From positions 1,110,001 through 1,142,000 of the forward strand of contig NZ_CP053627.1 of assembly GCF_013177435.1 (NCBI RefSeq): DNA of 32,000 bases. Direction: 5' to 3'. Both the position numbers and the translations under genes were made by a program. The notes under the pieces were generated by a model, which saw only the letters and a program-made list of their open reading frames with translations, made no database searches and was not told the origin of the DNA. This document shows positions 17,990-28,940 of the stretch, one piece after another. Source of the DNA: Xylella taiwanensis (lineage in GTDB: Bacteria > Pseudomonadota > Gammaproteobacteria > Xanthomonadales > Xanthomonadaceae). The stretch's first letter is position 1, and every line of letters starts with the position of its first letter.

Positions 17990-19039
17990 ATGCACGTCTC
18001 CTCTTCTCCTACGCTTGAGCCCCGAGCCCGGCAATTGTTGCGGACGTTGATCTCGTGCTACATCCAGAATGGTGAGCCGATTGGTTCGAAGACCTTGGCG
18101 CAGCATGCTGGACTGGACATTAGTCCGGCGACGATCCGTAGCATCCTGGCGGACTTGGAGGAGCTTGGTCTACTCAATTCGCCACATACTTCGGCGGGGC
18201 GGGTACCGACGGCGCATGGGTACCGAATGTTTGTGGACAGCTTGGTGCAGATGCGGCCTCCCAGCGAGGATGATATTCGTCGGTTACGTGTTGAGATGGT
18301 CGGTGGGGGGACTCAGGCGCTGTTGGGCAGTGCATCGGAAATTTTATCGGCGATGACTCATTTTGTGGGCGTGGTCAGTGCTCCACGGCGTGAACAGTTC
18401 GCATTTCGCCATATTGATTTTGTGCCCTTGGATGCGCATCAGATCATGGCGATTCTGATTTTTGCTGACAATGAGGTACAGAACCGGGTCATTGAGCCGC
18501 GTCGTGCGTACGAGCCTGGAGAACTAGAACGGGTGAGCAATTACCTGAATGCGCACTTCATCGGGCGCACGTTGGCCGATATCCGTACCACTGTGTTGTG
18601 CGAGCTACGCAAGGCCAAGGACGAGATGGAACAGTTGTTGGCGCATAGCCTCGATCTTGCTTCGGAGATGTTGGTGCCAAAGGATGGTGAGGATATTGTG
18701 GTGGCTGGACAGACTCGGCTGATGGCTGTTCAGGATCTTTCGGACATCGATCGCTTGCGTGAGTTATTCGAGGCATTTGCGAGCAAGAGGGAGATCTTGC
18801 AGTTACTGGAGCGCACGATTGATGCGCCAGGGGTGCGTATCTTTATCGGTGAGGAGACCGGAATGGTTTCCATGGAGGATATTTCGCTGGTGACTGCGCC
18901 ATATATAGCGCACGGTCAGGTCTTGGGGGTGTTGGGAGTGATTGGTCCCAAGCGGATGGCGTATGACCGGGTGATCCCCTTGGTAGAGGTTGCGGCCCAG
19001 GTGCTGGGCACGGCACTGGAGCCACCGATGGTGCGTTAG
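17990..19039 (+). CDS. hrcA: Heat-inducible transcription repressor HrcA
   Basis: ATG 17990 gives a 349 aa product: RARQLLRTLISCYIQNGEPIGSKTLA, RSILADLEELGLL, HTSAGRVPT. The ORF-track start at 17927 was trimmed. Confidence 0.9.
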   Translation: MHVSSSPTLEPRARQLLRTLISCYIQNGEPIGSKTLAQHAGLDISPATIRSILADLEELGLLNSPHTSAGRVPTAHGYRMFVDSLVQMRPPSEDDIRRLRVEMVGGGTQALLGSASEILSAMTHFVGVVSAPRREQFAFRHIDFVPLDAHQIMAILIFADNEVQNRVIEPRRAYEPGELERVSNYLNAHFIGRTLADIRTTVLCELRKAKDEMEQLLAHSLDLASEMLVPKDGEDIVVAGQTRLMAVQDLSDIDRLRELFEAFASKREILQLLERTIDAPGVRIFIGEETGMVSMEDISLVTAPYIAHGQVLGVLGVIGPKRMAYDRVIPLVEVAAQVLGTALEPPMVR

Positions 19040-19088
19040 GTGAGGTTAATATGCATTGTCGCTATCACTGAATGAATGATGGACTGCT

Positions 19089-19115
19089 CTTGAAAGCCGG
19101 CGCCTTGCCCACATA
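19089..19115 (+). promoter_or_regulatory. Candidate sigma-32-type heat-shock promoter upstream of grpE
   Basis: CTTGAAA (19089-19095), a 13-nt spacer, then CCCACAT (19108-19114), about 45 nt upstream of the grpE ATG. It resembles the CTTGAA-N13-17-CCCCATNT consensus and recurs upstream of dnaK. Confidence 0.4.
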
Positions 19116-19159
19116 CGGGTGGAGTTGAGGCGGGTGTTCCGCTGGCCCAGGATTTGTAT

Positions 19160-19678
19160 ATGAACCAAGACCACCCCGAATTTGATTCTGAAGAACTGAC
19201 GCAGGATTCACCTGAAACTGATCCGCTCAAGATTGAGGTTGAGACATTGCGCAGTGAGATTGCGTTGATCAAGGCGGATGTGTTGCGCGAGCGTGCTGAG
19301 CTGGAGAATCAGCGGAAGCGTGTCATTCGGGATGTGGAACAGGCGCGCAAATTTGCCAACGAAAAACTCCTTGGTGAGTTGTTGCCGGTGTTTGATAGTC
19401 TGGATGCGGGACTGACTGCTTCCGGTACTGAGCCAAGCCCGTTGCGTGATGGCCTGGAGCTGACTTACAAGCAGTTGCTGAAGGTCGCTACTGACAACGG
19501 CTTGACATTGTTGGATCCGGTCGGTCAGCTATTTAATCCCGAACACCACCAAGCGATCAGCCAGGCGGAGGGTGCCGACGTTGAACCAGGCCATGTGATC
19601 CAGGTGTTTCAGAAGGGGTATCTTCTCAACGAACGTCTGCTGCGCCCGGCTCTGGTGGTTGTTGCCAAGCAAGATTGA
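19160..19678 (+). CDS. grpE: Nucleotide exchange factor GrpE
   Basis: ATG 19160 (the ORF track uses TTG 19154). Typical strings: [57 protein letters not shown]. Confidence 0.9.
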   Translation: MNQDHPEFDSEELTQDSPETDPLKIEVETLRSEIALIKADVLRERAELENQRKRVIRDVEQARKFANEKLLGELLPVFDSLDAGLTASGTEPSPLRDGLELTYKQLLKVATDNGLTLLDPVGQLFNPEHHQAISQAEGADVEPGHVIQVFQKGYLLNERLLRPALVVVAKQD

Positions 19679-19723
19679 GTTCTGTTGAGCCCCGCCGATC
19701 GAATACAACTTTGGTGACAGCCG

Positions 19724-19751
19724 CTTGAGCAGGCGTCGGTCATCCCCACAT
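19724..19751 (+). promoter_or_regulatory. Candidate sigma-32-type heat-shock promoter upstream of dnaK
   Basis: CTTGAG (19724-19729), a 15-nt spacer, then CCCACAT (19745-19751, preceded by an extra C). This is the same architecture as the grpE site. An imperfect hairpin CCCCGGC/GCTGGGG (19762-19778) lies between it and the dnaK RBS (AGGAG at 19798-19802). Confidence 0.4.
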
Positions 19752-19809
19752 TTGAACCAGACCCCGGCACGGCTGGGGATTTGATGCAAAACTTTTAGGA
19801 GCTACCCTT

Positions 19810-21723
19810 ATGGGCAAGATCATTGGTATCGACCTCGGCACCACAAATTCGTGCGTGGCGATTATGGATGGCGGCAAGGCGCGTGTCATCGAGAACTCGG
19901 AGGGTGATCGCACTACTCCTTCGATTGTTGCTTACACCAAGGATGGCGAGGTGCTTGTCGGTGCTGCGGCCAAGCGCCAAGCGGTCACGAATCCGAAAAA
20001 CACTTTCTATGCGGTGAAGCGTTTGATTGGGCGGAAGTTCGGCGACGCGGAGGTGCAGAAGGACCTTGATTTGGTTCCGTATGCGATTACCCAGCACGAC
20101 AATGGTGATGCTTGGGTTGCCACTGCTGCTGGTAAGAAGCTGGCACCGCAGGAAATTTCTGCCAATGTGCTGGAGAAAATGAGGAAGACCGCCGAGGATT
20201 TCCTGGGCGAGAAAGTGACCGATGCAGTGATTACTGTGCCGGCGTACTTTAATGATAGCCAGCGTCAGGCAACGAAGGATGCTGGCCGGATTGCTGGTTT
20301 AGATGTCAAGCGTATTATCAATGAGCCGACCGCTGCGGCATTGGCTTACGGCCTGGACAAGAAAGGCGGGGACCGCAAGATCGCTGTGTATGATCTTGGT
20401 GGTGGCACCTTTGATGTGTCGATCATCGAGATCGCCGAAGTGGATGGCGAGAAGCAGTTCGAGGTATTGGCTACCAATGGCGATACCTTTCTGGGGGGGG
20501 AGGATTTCGACAAGCGTGTCATCGATTATCTGGTTGATGAATTCAATAAGGACCAGGGTATCGATTTGCGCAAGGACCCGCTGGCGTTGCAACGTTTAAA
20601 GGATGCTGCCGAGCGTGCCAAGATCGAATTGTCTTCCTCACAGCAAACGGAGGTTAACCTGCCATACATTACGGCTGATGCCTCTGGTCCGAAGCACCTG
20701 AACATCAAGCTGACGCGTGCCAAGCTTGAAGCATTGGTAGACGACTTGGTCCGTAAGTCAATCGAGCCATGTCGCATTGCGTTGAACGATGCTGGGTTGC
20801 GTACCAGCGATGTTCAGGAGGTCATCTTGGTCGGTGGCCAGACCCGTATGCCAAAGGTACAGCAAGCAGTCGCTGCGTTTTTCGGTAAGGAGCCGCGTAA
20901 GGATGTTAATCCGGACGAGGCTGTGGCACTGGGCGCTGCGATTCAGGGGGGAGTGCTCGCTGGTGATGTCAAGGATGTGTTGTTGCTCGATGTGACTCCG
21001 TTATCCCTTGGTATTGAAACGATGGGTGGGGTGTTTACCAAGATTATCGAGAAGAACACAACCATTCCGACCAAAGCATCCCAGGTGTTTTCTACTGCAG
21101 AGGATGGTCAGTCTGCGGTGACTGTCCATGTGTTACAAGGTGAGCGAGAGCAGGCGCGTTTCAACAAATCGCTGGCCAAATTCGATTTGGCGGGCATTGA
21201 ACCTGCGCCGCGTGGCCAGCCGCAGATCGAGGTGTCTTTTGACATTGATGCCAACGGTATTTTGCATGTATTTGCCAAGGACAAGAAGACCAATAAGGAG
21301 CAGAAGGTCGAGGTTAAAGCCGGCTCTGGGCTGTCGGATAATGAGATTCAACAGATGGTTGCTGATGCCGAGGCGCATCGCGAGGAAGACAAAAAGTTCC
21401 AAGAATTGGTGCAGGCAAGGAACCATGCTGACGGTTTGATTCATTCAACCCGTTCAGCTATTAAGGAGCATGGTAGTAAGGCGGGTGGTGAGGTGATTGG
21501 GCGTGTCGAAACCGCCCTTTCAGAACTTGAAGCTGCGATGAAAGGTGATGATAAGAGCCAGATTGAGGCTAAATCTAAAATCCTTACCGAGATTGCGCAG
21601 TCGCTGTACATGGCAGCAACAGCAGAACAGGCAGGAAGCACGGGGGCTGGTGCTACATCTTCAGCTAAAGTTGATGATGTGGTTGATGCTGAGTTCACAG
21701 AAGTCAAGGGCGAGAAAAAATAA
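19810..21723 (+). CDS. dnaK: Molecular chaperone DnaK (Hsp70)
   Basis: 637 aa: [40 protein letters not shown] and others. Confidence 0.98.
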   Translation: MGKIIGIDLGTTNSCVAIMDGGKARVIENSEGDRTTPSIVAYTKDGEVLVGAAAKRQAVTNPKNTFYAVKRLIGRKFGDAEVQKDLDLVPYAITQHDNGDAWVATAAGKKLAPQEISANVLEKMRKTAEDFLGEKVTDAVITVPAYFNDSQRQATKDAGRIAGLDVKRIINEPTAAALAYGLDKKGGDRKIAVYDLGGGTFDVSIIEIAEVDGEKQFEVLATNGDTFLGGEDFDKRVIDYLVDEFNKDQGIDLRKDPLALQRLKDAAERAKIELSSSQQTEVNLPYITADASGPKHLNIKLTRAKLEALVDDLVRKSIEPCRIALNDAGLRTSDVQEVILVGGQTRMPKVQQAVAAFFGKEPRKDVNPDEAVALGAAIQGGVLAGDVKDVLLLDVTPLSLGIETMGGVFTKIIEKNTTIPTKASQVFSTAEDGQSAVTVHVLQGEREQARFNKSLAKFDLAGIEPAPRGQPQIEVSFDIDANGILHVFAKDKKTNKEQKVEVKAGSGLSDNEIQQMVADAEAHREEDKKFQELVQARNHADGLIHSTRSAIKEHGSKAGGEVIGRVETALSELEAAMKGDDKSQIEAKSKILTEIAQSLYMAATAEQAGSTGAGATSSAKVDDVVDAEFTEVKGEKK

Positions 21724-21858
21724 TCCCTTTATGCTGAGGTGGAAGGACACTGCGAATGGGTGAGGCTAAGCTTTGCCCTTCGCTGTTTTCCCTGGTTTTG
21801 CTGCTATCTGCATGTTTCGATTGAGTGCCGTTTCTTTAACTACTGATGTCTGCTATCC

Positions 21859-22971
21859 ATGAGTAAGCGTGATTACTATCAAGTGCTGGGCGTGTCCCGT
21901 ACTGCTAGCGAAGATGATCTGAAAAAAGCTTATCGCCGCTGTGCGATGAAGTACCACCCGGATCGTAATCCTGGCGATGTGGCTGCAGAGGCGGCGTTCA
22001 AAGAATGCAAGGAAGCCTACGAAGTTCTTGCCGACGCAAAAAAACGAAGGTTATACGATACCCATGGTCATGCCGCGTTCGAACACGGCATGGGGGGCGG
22101 CGATGCGCCCGACATGAACGATATCTTCGGTGATATCTTCGGTAACATCTTTGGCGGCGCGCGCGCGCGCGCGTCACGCCGCGGTGCCGACATCGCTTAC
22201 GTGGTTGAGTTGGATCTGGAGGAAGCTGTTGCTGGTGTTGAACGACAGATTCAGATACCAACTTTGGTTGAATGTACTCACTGCCATGGTAGTGGATCAG
22301 AAGACGGTCAAGTCGAGACTTGCAATACTTGTCGCGGTAGCGGTCAAGTGAGGATTCAACGCGGCATCTTTGCTATGCAGCAAGTATGTCCGCATTGTGG
22401 CGGACGAGGCGTCATTATTCGAAATCCGTGCAAGGTTTGCAGTGGCGCTGGGCGTATTGAGGACCATAAAACTCTCTCAGTTAAAATTCCGTCTGGTGTG
22501 GACAATGGTGATCGTATTCGTTTGAGTGGTGAGGGTGAGCTTGGTCCGGCGGGGGCGCCCCCGGGTGATCTATACGTGGAAGTGCGCGTGCGCGAGCATC
22601 CGATCTTCCAGCGCGATGGCGATGATTTACACTGTGAAGTGCCGGTTCGCATTTCGCAGGCTGCGCTCGGTGACATTGTCCGTGTGGCTACGCTTGACGG
22701 GGAGGCCGAGATTCGTATTCCTGCTGAGACCCAGACTGGCAAGCTGTTCCGCCTGCGTGGCAAGGGTGTACGTTCGGTGCGTAGTCGCACCGAAGGCGAT
22801 TTGTACTGTCGTATTATGGTTGAGACTCCTGTTAACTTAACTGCTGAGCAGCGTAAGCTGCTAGAGCAATTTGAGACGACTTTCGCTGGTGAGGATGCGC
22901 GTAAGCATTCGCCGAAGTCGGCCACCTTTCTTGATGGTGTAAAAAGCTTCTGGGACCGGATGACGTCCTGA
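21859..22971 (+). CDS. dnaJ: Molecular chaperone DnaJ (Hsp40)
   Basis: The J-domain is [10 protein letters not shown]...YHPDRNP. It has a G/F region and four CxxCxGxG zinc motifs ([32 protein letters not shown]). Confidence 0.97.
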   Translation: MSKRDYYQVLGVSRTASEDDLKKAYRRCAMKYHPDRNPGDVAAEAAFKECKEAYEVLADAKKRRLYDTHGHAAFEHGMGGGDAPDMNDIFGDIFGNIFGGARARASRRGADIAYVVELDLEEAVAGVERQIQIPTLVECTHCHGSGSEDGQVETCNTCRGSGQVRIQRGIFAMQQVCPHCGGRGVIIRNPCKVCSGAGRIEDHKTLSVKIPSGVDNGDRIRLSGEGELGPAGAPPGDLYVEVRVREHPIFQRDGDDLHCEVPVRISQAALGDIVRVATLDGEAEIRIPAETQTGKLFRLRGKGVRSVRSRTEGDLYCRIMVETPVNLTAEQRKLLEQFETTFAGEDARKHSPKSATFLDGVKSFWDRMTS

Positions 22972-23248
22972 GTGAATTGCTGCTCGCGTTACATTTGAAC
23001 CATCATTGCTTTCGTCCAGTTGGTAAGAGGCATGCCGCGTTCACTGAGGTTTGCTGCGTATATCAGGCATTGAACTATGGCAATGAATCGGTTTTACGTC
23101 ATATGTGTGGTGTATTGCTGCTGGCAATGCCAAGACAGTTTCTAGCCCGTCGACACGACTTTATTTTGGTCCCGTCACAGTTGTCTACCGTCATACCGGT
23201 TGCGGTGCACGAATATATTTCCCTTGGCTCCTGCCGCTTGGTTACACG

Positions 23249-24397
23249 ATGTCCTTTTTTAATAGGGCTGCTGGTGTGAGTGTGGCTCCAGTGGTTGGTA
23301 TTGTCGGTAGTGCTGGTGCCTATGGACACTGGCTGGGCCGATTTCTGCGTGAGCGCATGGGCTTGAAGGTGATTGGCTATGATCCGGCCGATCCAGCCTC
23401 GCTATCGCCAATCGAGCTACTGTGTTGTGCTGAGGTGTTGGTGTTCTCTGTGCCTATCAGGCATACCGCTGCGTTGATCAGTGAATACGTGGCGATGGCT
23501 GGCGGTGCTGAAGCTGGACAGCTTTGGATCGATGTGACATCGATCAAACAAGCTCCTGTGTCGGCTATGCTGGCTTCGCAGGCCGAGGTGGTTGGGTTGC
23601 ATCCGATGACTGCACCACCTAAGGCACCCACGCTCAAGGGTCGTGTGTTGGTGGTCTGTGAGGCGCGACTACACCGTTGGCGTCCGTGGTTGGTGCAACT
23701 GTGTGAGGCGTTGGAGGCTGAATGTGTGGCTGCGACGCCTGAGTACCATGACCGGGTGATGGCGTTGGTGCAGGCAATGGTACATGCCTGCCACCTGGCA
23801 CAGGCGGGTGTGTTACGCGATTACCTGCCTCTATTGGGCGAGCTTCAGTCGATCATGCCATTCCGCTCGACGTCATTTGAGTTGGATACGGCGATGATTG
23901 CGCGGATTTTGTCTCTGAATCCGTCGATTTACGAGGATATCCAGTTTGGAAATTCGTATGTACCTGAGATGCTGGACCGCCTGCTTGGTCAGTTGCTGGA
24001 ACTACGCGAATTGGTGCATTGTGGTGGTGATGCAGCACGTGCGCGATTCCGTGCCCGCTTCTTGGAAGCTAACCACCAAGCTTTTGCGGAAGCTTCGCTG
24101 GTGGCCGGTAACTATAACTACGAGCGGATCGGCTATTTGTTGGCTGATTTGACTGAGCCGTTGGTTCTCAGTGTGTACCTTCCCGAGGACCGCCCTGGTT
24201 CATTGCGAGGATTGCTGCAAGTGTTCGAGCAGCATGGGATTAATCTGTCCTCGATTCATTCATCGCGTACGCCAGTCGGTGAACTGCATTTTCGGATTAG
24301 CTTTGACCCGGGTAGCGATCGCGTTGCGCTGATACGTGCTGCCGACGAGATCGATATGCACAGGATTGGTCGAGTGTTGACTCGGCCACAGCAGTGA
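23249..24397 (+). CDS. tyrA: Prephenate/arogenate dehydrogenase with a C-terminal ACT-like domain
   Basis: ATG 23249. The Rossmann motif is VGIVGSAGAYGHWLG. Other strings: VGLHPM, PEYHDRVMALVQAMVH. An ACT-like tail reads LSVYLPEDRPGSLRGLLQVFEQHGINLSSIHS. The 48-codon extension in the ORF track was rejected. Confidence 0.75.
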   Translation: MSFFNRAAGVSVAPVVGIVGSAGAYGHWLGRFLRERMGLKVIGYDPADPASLSPIELLCCAEVLVFSVPIRHTAALISEYVAMAGGAEAGQLWIDVTSIKQAPVSAMLASQAEVVGLHPMTAPPKAPTLKGRVLVVCEARLHRWRPWLVQLCEALEAECVAATPEYHDRVMALVQAMVHACHLAQAGVLRDYLPLLGELQSIMPFRSTSFELDTAMIARILSLNPSIYEDIQFGNSYVPEMLDRLLGQLLELRELVHCGGDAARARFRARFLEANHQAFAEASLVAGNYNYERIGYLLADLTEPLVLSVYLPEDRPGSLRGLLQVFEQHGINLSSIHSSRTPVGELHFRISFDPGSDRVALIRAADEIDMHRIGRVLTRPQQ

Positions 24398-25754
24398 TAA
24401 CCATCTTTGGATGATGATAACCACAATGAAGAGGGAGTCTTCATTCAGTGTCTATGATTCATCTGAAGATGTCATGGGGTGCTGTCAATCAGGTGCCGGA
24501 CTCTGGATAAGTGATGTGGAGAGTGTGATTGTCGTGCTTTGATTCCAGCGGTCTTTTGCTATGGTGTATGGAGATGCTCGTAAACGACATGTCATTCATT
24601 CCCTAGAACATAAGTTATAGAACTTTCAAGTGGCATGTAGTGTGCAGTAGGAGCAGGAGAATAAAGCTGCAATGTCAGTCGAATTGCCGTGATCTGCACT
24701 TTAGACGACAATCGCGATGCGCCCCTGGCATGAGCGTCCATGAGTCCAATAGAGAGTACCAGTGTCTAAGTGAGTCTAAAAAAGCATTGACTTATTTCAT
24801 CTGGGAGCTGATGTGATTCAGTGCATGCTCGATCTGTGGCAGCAGAGGGTTTACACATTCCGGCCAAGTCGGTTTCCGAAGAGCGTCGGTTGTGCAGGTG
24901 TTTCGGATGTTTGTTAGTACACCATCGCTGCTACAAGTATTCGTAGTGAGGAAGTTCCACAACGGCAGTAACCGGTTGAATGTTATTTTGAAGTCCTCGT
25001 GTCTGTTGGCCGGCAGCCATTGGGTGCGGTATCTCGGTAATACAATCCTCTGATTCCATGTATGCTTGTGTGGTTAACATCATCTGTATCCGTACCGAGG
25101 TTATTGCACATCTCTGGTTGCTTTACTTACACACTCTAGTGAACTTGGTGATGGCTGACTGAGCCAGGGAGGGTATCGTCTTATGGATAACCTTCATACT
25201 GTGCCAGCTTGAGACCTGCTCTGGTCGTGCAACCAGCTGTGATAGTGCCACCCAGCCATTGCTATATGTTTGGCATACTGCGGCTGGCACAATGGTTGCT
25301 AATGTGGCTTTACATGGCTATGAAATGGAAATGGTTCTGACGGCAGCATGATGCTATCTAGATGAATGTCATTGTTGACATCAGTCAGCTTGTTGTTTAT
25401 TTCTTAAATATTCATCGGACTCACTCTACCTCCAGTGATTGATCCATGGTCTACTTCGAGAAGGTTATATTTTTTAATCTTTATCTTGGTAGCTATCAAG
25501 AATTGATCACGGTATTTCATCGGATGTGCTCGTTCCCGTTGTAGGATGTGGTGTTGCAGTCCGAATGAGTGCAGGCTGGCAGGGCATCGGGTTAACGCTG
25601 AGTAGTTGCGGGTGCTCGGCAATGTGTTTAGCTGTAACTGTGTCAGGATTTTGAGAAACACTCACTGAGCATATCCAGTAAGGACAGGATCTTCACGTTG
25701 CTTCCACGAGGTGATGCAGCACGATTTCACAAACCTGAAGAACTGGGAGCCTTC

Positions 25755-26468
25755 ATGCGTCAGACCAAGGAAACCTCAGGACTTGTCCTGATAGTGGAAG
25801 ATAACCGCAACATTTCGGAGATGATCGGTGAATACTTGGAAGGCCGTGGTTTTGAAGTAGATTACGCGGTCGATGGTTTAGACGGCTATCGCTTGGCCGT
25901 TGAGAACAGCTATGACGTTGTGGTGCTCGATTTGATGCTGCCCCGCTTAGACGGCATAGAGGTCTGTCGCCAGCTGCGTAAAGATGCACGTAAATCTACA
26001 CCTGTTCTTATGTTGACAGCGCGCGACACACTTGACGACAAACTCACCGGACTGGGGTTCGGTGCCGACGATTACCTGACTAAGCCATTCGCGATTCAGG
26101 AATTGGAAGCTCGCTTGCGAGCTCTAATCCGTCGTGAGCGCCGCCAAGTTGGTGCGGAAGTGCTCAAGCTTGCTGACCTTGTCCTTGATCCGGTGAGTAT
26201 GCGTGCTACCCGTGCCGGTACCGAACTTCAACTTTCGCCGATTGGGCTCCGCCTGCTGACTATCTTAATGCGTGAGTCGCCACGTGTAGTCAGTCGCCAA
26301 GAGATTGAACGTGAGATTTGGGGCAACTGTCTGCCGGATTCAGATACGCTGCGCAGCCATCTATACAACTTGCGCAAGGTGGTTGACAAACCATTTGGTC
26401 GACCACTGTTACACACTGTACAGAGCGCTGGCTACCGGATGGTCGATATCGAACAATCAATGTCTTAG
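25755..26468 (+). CDS. OmpR/PhoB-family response regulator with no adjacent histidine kinase
   Basis: ATG 25755. REC signature: VLIVEDN, VVVLDLMLPRLDG, LMLTARD, ADDYLTKPF. Winged-helix region: LQLSPIGLRLLTILM, SHLYNLRKVVD, GYRMV. Confidence 0.9.
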   Translation: MRQTKETSGLVLIVEDNRNISEMIGEYLEGRGFEVDYAVDGLDGYRLAVENSYDVVVLDLMLPRLDGIEVCRQLRKDARKSTPVLMLTARDTLDDKLTGLGFGADDYLTKPFAIQELEARLRALIRRERRQVGAEVLKLADLVLDPVSMRATRAGTELQLSPIGLRLLTILMRESPRVVSRQEIEREIWGNCLPDSDTLRSHLYNLRKVVDKPFGRPLLHTVQSAGYRMVDIEQSMS

Positions 26469-26776
26469 AGCTAAGTCGATAATCAATCGCAATATGAGAA
26501 TCTTTAAGATGTGCCTTATTGCTGCCAAAAGAAGTTAAGTATCGCTAGAAATTGTTGATGATTGCACTGAATGCTAGGTGCATCTGTGCTAGACGTTGAG
26601 CAATTTATTGTGCAATGCTTCGTGTTTACATCAATTCCTAAATGGATTGGGATTGTATAAGCGCACGGATAGCTTCTGATAAGACGGCGGCATTGTTGTG
26701 GCAGAATCGTTGCGTTCCGTGGGCATGTTCGGGGCGCTGTTCTGTTATGCCAGCTTTTCTAACTTTTGTTGAAATA

Positions 26777-27157
26777 ATGGCTGACCAATTTGGACACATG
26801 CCGCGTGGGCCGCGGCGCATTTACAAAGCTGCAATCTGGTCATTGCAGGGGTTGCGTGCAGCTTGGCTATACGAGTCTTCCTTCCGTTTTGAAGTGATAT
26901 TGCTATTGGTGCTTGGGCCTCTGGGCCTGTGGCTGGGGCAAACCCCTGTGGAACAGGTACTGTTGGTTGGTGCCTTATTGTTGGTATTGGTGGTGGAGTT
27001 GCTCAATTCGGCAATTGAAGCAGTCATCGAGCGCTATGGGCCTGAATACCATGAGCTTGCTGGACGTGCGAAGGATATGGGATCGGCTGCGGTATTCATC
27101 ACGTTGGGCAACGTGGTGCTTTGCTGGGTGTTGATCTTAGGTCCGCGTCTTTTTTAA
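26777..27157 (+). CDS. dgkA: Diacylglycerol kinase DgkA
   Basis: ATG 26777 gives a 126 aa three-TM protein: [39 protein letters not shown]. The 45-codon extension was rejected. Confidence 0.85.
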   Translation: MADQFGHMPRGPRRIYKAAIWSLQGLRAAWLYESSFRFEVILLLVLGPLGLWLGQTPVEQVLLVGALLLVLVVELLNSAIEAVIERYGPEYHELAGRAKDMGSAAVFITLGNVVLCWVLILGPRLF

Positions 27158-27243
27158 TACCTTTGCTTGCGGCAGGTTATCTGATGGATGGCTGCACGAT
27201 GGCACAATGGGTGTTCTCGCTTTTTGGCAGGGCACGATTCCAC

Positions 27244-28149
27244 ATGATTTATCTCCACGCTATCGATCCAATCGCTTTCTCGCTTGGTCCGGTGAAGGTG
27301 CATTGGTATGGCTTGATGTATCTGGCAGGTTTTGGTGCGGCTTGGTGCTTGGGACGTCACCGAATCCAGGCCGGGCGTTTGTCTGGTGTGAACATGGATG
27401 GTTTTTCCGACCTGTTGTTCTACGCGATGATGGGAGTGGTGTTGGGTGGGCGTGTCGGTTATATGGTGTTCTATGCGTTCGATGACTTCTTGCGAGAACC
27501 ACTGCTGCTTTTTAAGGTTTGGGAAGGTGGTATGAGTTTTCATGGTGGTTTGATTGGTGTCTTGCTGGCAGTGGCTTGGTGGACTCGGCGGCAGCGCCTG
27601 CATATGTTCGATGTGGTTGATTTCGCTGCACCACTGGTCCCCCTGGGCTTAGGTTTTGGTCGGCTTGGCAACTTCATCGGCGGTGAGCTTTGGGGTAAGT
27701 TCACCCAGAATGGCTGGGGAGTGATCTTTCCGCGTGCTCCGCTTAGCGATGTGCCTGCTGGGCAGCCTGCGATGCAGGATGTGATGAACTTCGCGCATAT
27801 CCAACAGCATTATGCCGCTGGTCTTCTGGGTCACTATGCCCGGCATCCCTCGCAGCTGTATGAAGCGCTCCTTGAGGGGTTGGTAATGTTCATAGCGCTA
27901 TGGTTATTTTCACGCAGACCACGTGGGCGTTATGCGGTGTCTGGATTGTTTGCGCTGTTGTATGGTGTGTTTCGTTTCCTGGTCGAGTTTGTACGTATGC
28001 CAGACAACGGTGTCTATGTAGCGTTCGGATGGCTGACGCGTGGCCAGATCTTAAGCTTGCCGCTGATCGTGATCGGATTGTTCCTGTGCTGGTTGTCGCG
28101 TCGCGCACCAGTATTGCAGCCGGCGCCTGTTACTGAGGTTTCTAAGTGA
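27244..28149 (+). CDS. lgt: Prolipoprotein diacylglyceryl transferase Lgt
   Basis: ATG 27244: [60 protein letters not shown]. Confidence 0.92.
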   Translation: MIYLHAIDPIAFSLGPVKVHWYGLMYLAGFGAAWCLGRHRIQAGRLSGVNMDGFSDLLFYAMMGVVLGGRVGYMVFYAFDDFLREPLLLFKVWEGGMSFHGGLIGVLLAVAWWTRRQRLHMFDVVDFAAPLVPLGLGFGRLGNFIGGELWGKFTQNGWGVIFPRAPLSDVPAGQPAMQDVMNFAHIQQHYAAGLLGHYARHPSQLYEALLEGLVMFIALWLFSRRPRGRYAVSGLFALLYGVFRFLVEFVRMPDNGVYVAFGWLTRGQILSLPLIVIGLFLCWLSRRAPVLQPAPVTEVSK

Positions 28150-28940
28150 AGCAGTACCTTGATTTACTGCATCATGTGCTTGTGAATGGCATTCAGAAGT
28201 CTGACCGCACCGGGACGGGTACACGCAGTGTGTTCGGTTGGCAGATGCGATTCGACCTCGGCCAAGGCTTCCCACTGGTTACAACTAAAAAGTTGCACCT
28301 ACGTTCTATCATTCATGAGTTGCTGTGGTTCCTCAGAGGTGAAACCAATATTGCTTATCTTAAGTCGCATCAGGTCAGCATCTGGGACGAATGGGCTGAT
28401 GTCACGGGTGAGTTGGGGCCTGTATATGGCAAGCAGTGGCGGCGCTGGGCAGGTGCGGATGGCCACGAGATCGACCAGATCCGTTGGTTGGTCGATGAGA
28501 TCAAGCGTAATCCAGATTCGCGCCGGTTGGTGATCAGCGCCTGGAATGTGGCTGATCTTCCACAGATGGCTTTGGTGCCGTGCCATGCATTATTTCAATT
28601 CTATGTTGCCAATGGCCGGTTGAGCTGCCAGCTTTATCAGCGCAGTGCTGATATTTTTCTTGGTGTCCCTTTCAATATCGCTAGTTATGCGCTTCTCACC
28701 CACATGCTGGCCCAGGTGACTGGTCTAGCTGTAGGTGACTTTGTGCATACGTTGGGCGATGCACATTTGTATGCGAATCATGTCGAGCAAGCATATGTGC
28801 AACTGGAGCGTGTGCCGCGACCGCAACCGGTATTAAGGCTCAATCCGGCAGTCACTGACCTGTTCAACTTTATCTACGATGACATCGTGATTGAAGGCTA
28901 TGATCCATATCCGGCCATCAAGGCACCTGTGGCAGTGTGA
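28146..28940 (+). CDS. thyA: Thymidylate synthase ThyA
   Basis: GTG 28146 overlaps the lgt TGA (a GTGA junction). Typical strings: [56 protein letters not shown]. Confidence 0.97.
   Translation: MKQYLDLLHHVLVNGIQKSDRTGTGTRSVFGWQMRFDLGQGFPLVTTKKLHLRSIIHELLWFLRGETNIAYLKSHQVSIWDEWADVTGELGPVYGKQWRRWAGADGHEIDQIRWLVDEIKRNPDSRRLVISAWNVADLPQMALVPCHALFQFYVANGRLSCQLYQRSADIFLGVPFNIASYALLTHMLAQVTGLAVGDFVHTLGDAHLYANHVEQAYVQLERVPRPQPVLRLNPAVTDLFNFIYDDIVIEGYDPYPAIKAPVAV

Noticed and set aside
21752-21790. Imperfect hairpin (GCGAA-GGG...CCC-TTCGC) followed by GTTTT between dnaK and dnaJ, as an attenuating terminator
   Set aside because: The stem is short and bulged, the loop is large and the T-run is weak. 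That is not enough to call it a feature.
22356-22925. 189-codon ORF antisense to dnaJ, with similar antisense ORFs in nagZ (7362-7820), recN, dnaK and the REC-HPt gene
   Set aside because: These are Arg/Ser/Pro-rich, low-complexity translations opposite well-supported genes. They are the usual antisense open frames of GC-biased coding DNA.
25404-25661. 85-codon minus-strand ORF upstream of the response regulator
   Set aside because: It has no recognisable domain and no RBS, and it overlaps the likely regulator promoter region. It is kept only as part of the ORF-poor-gap finding.
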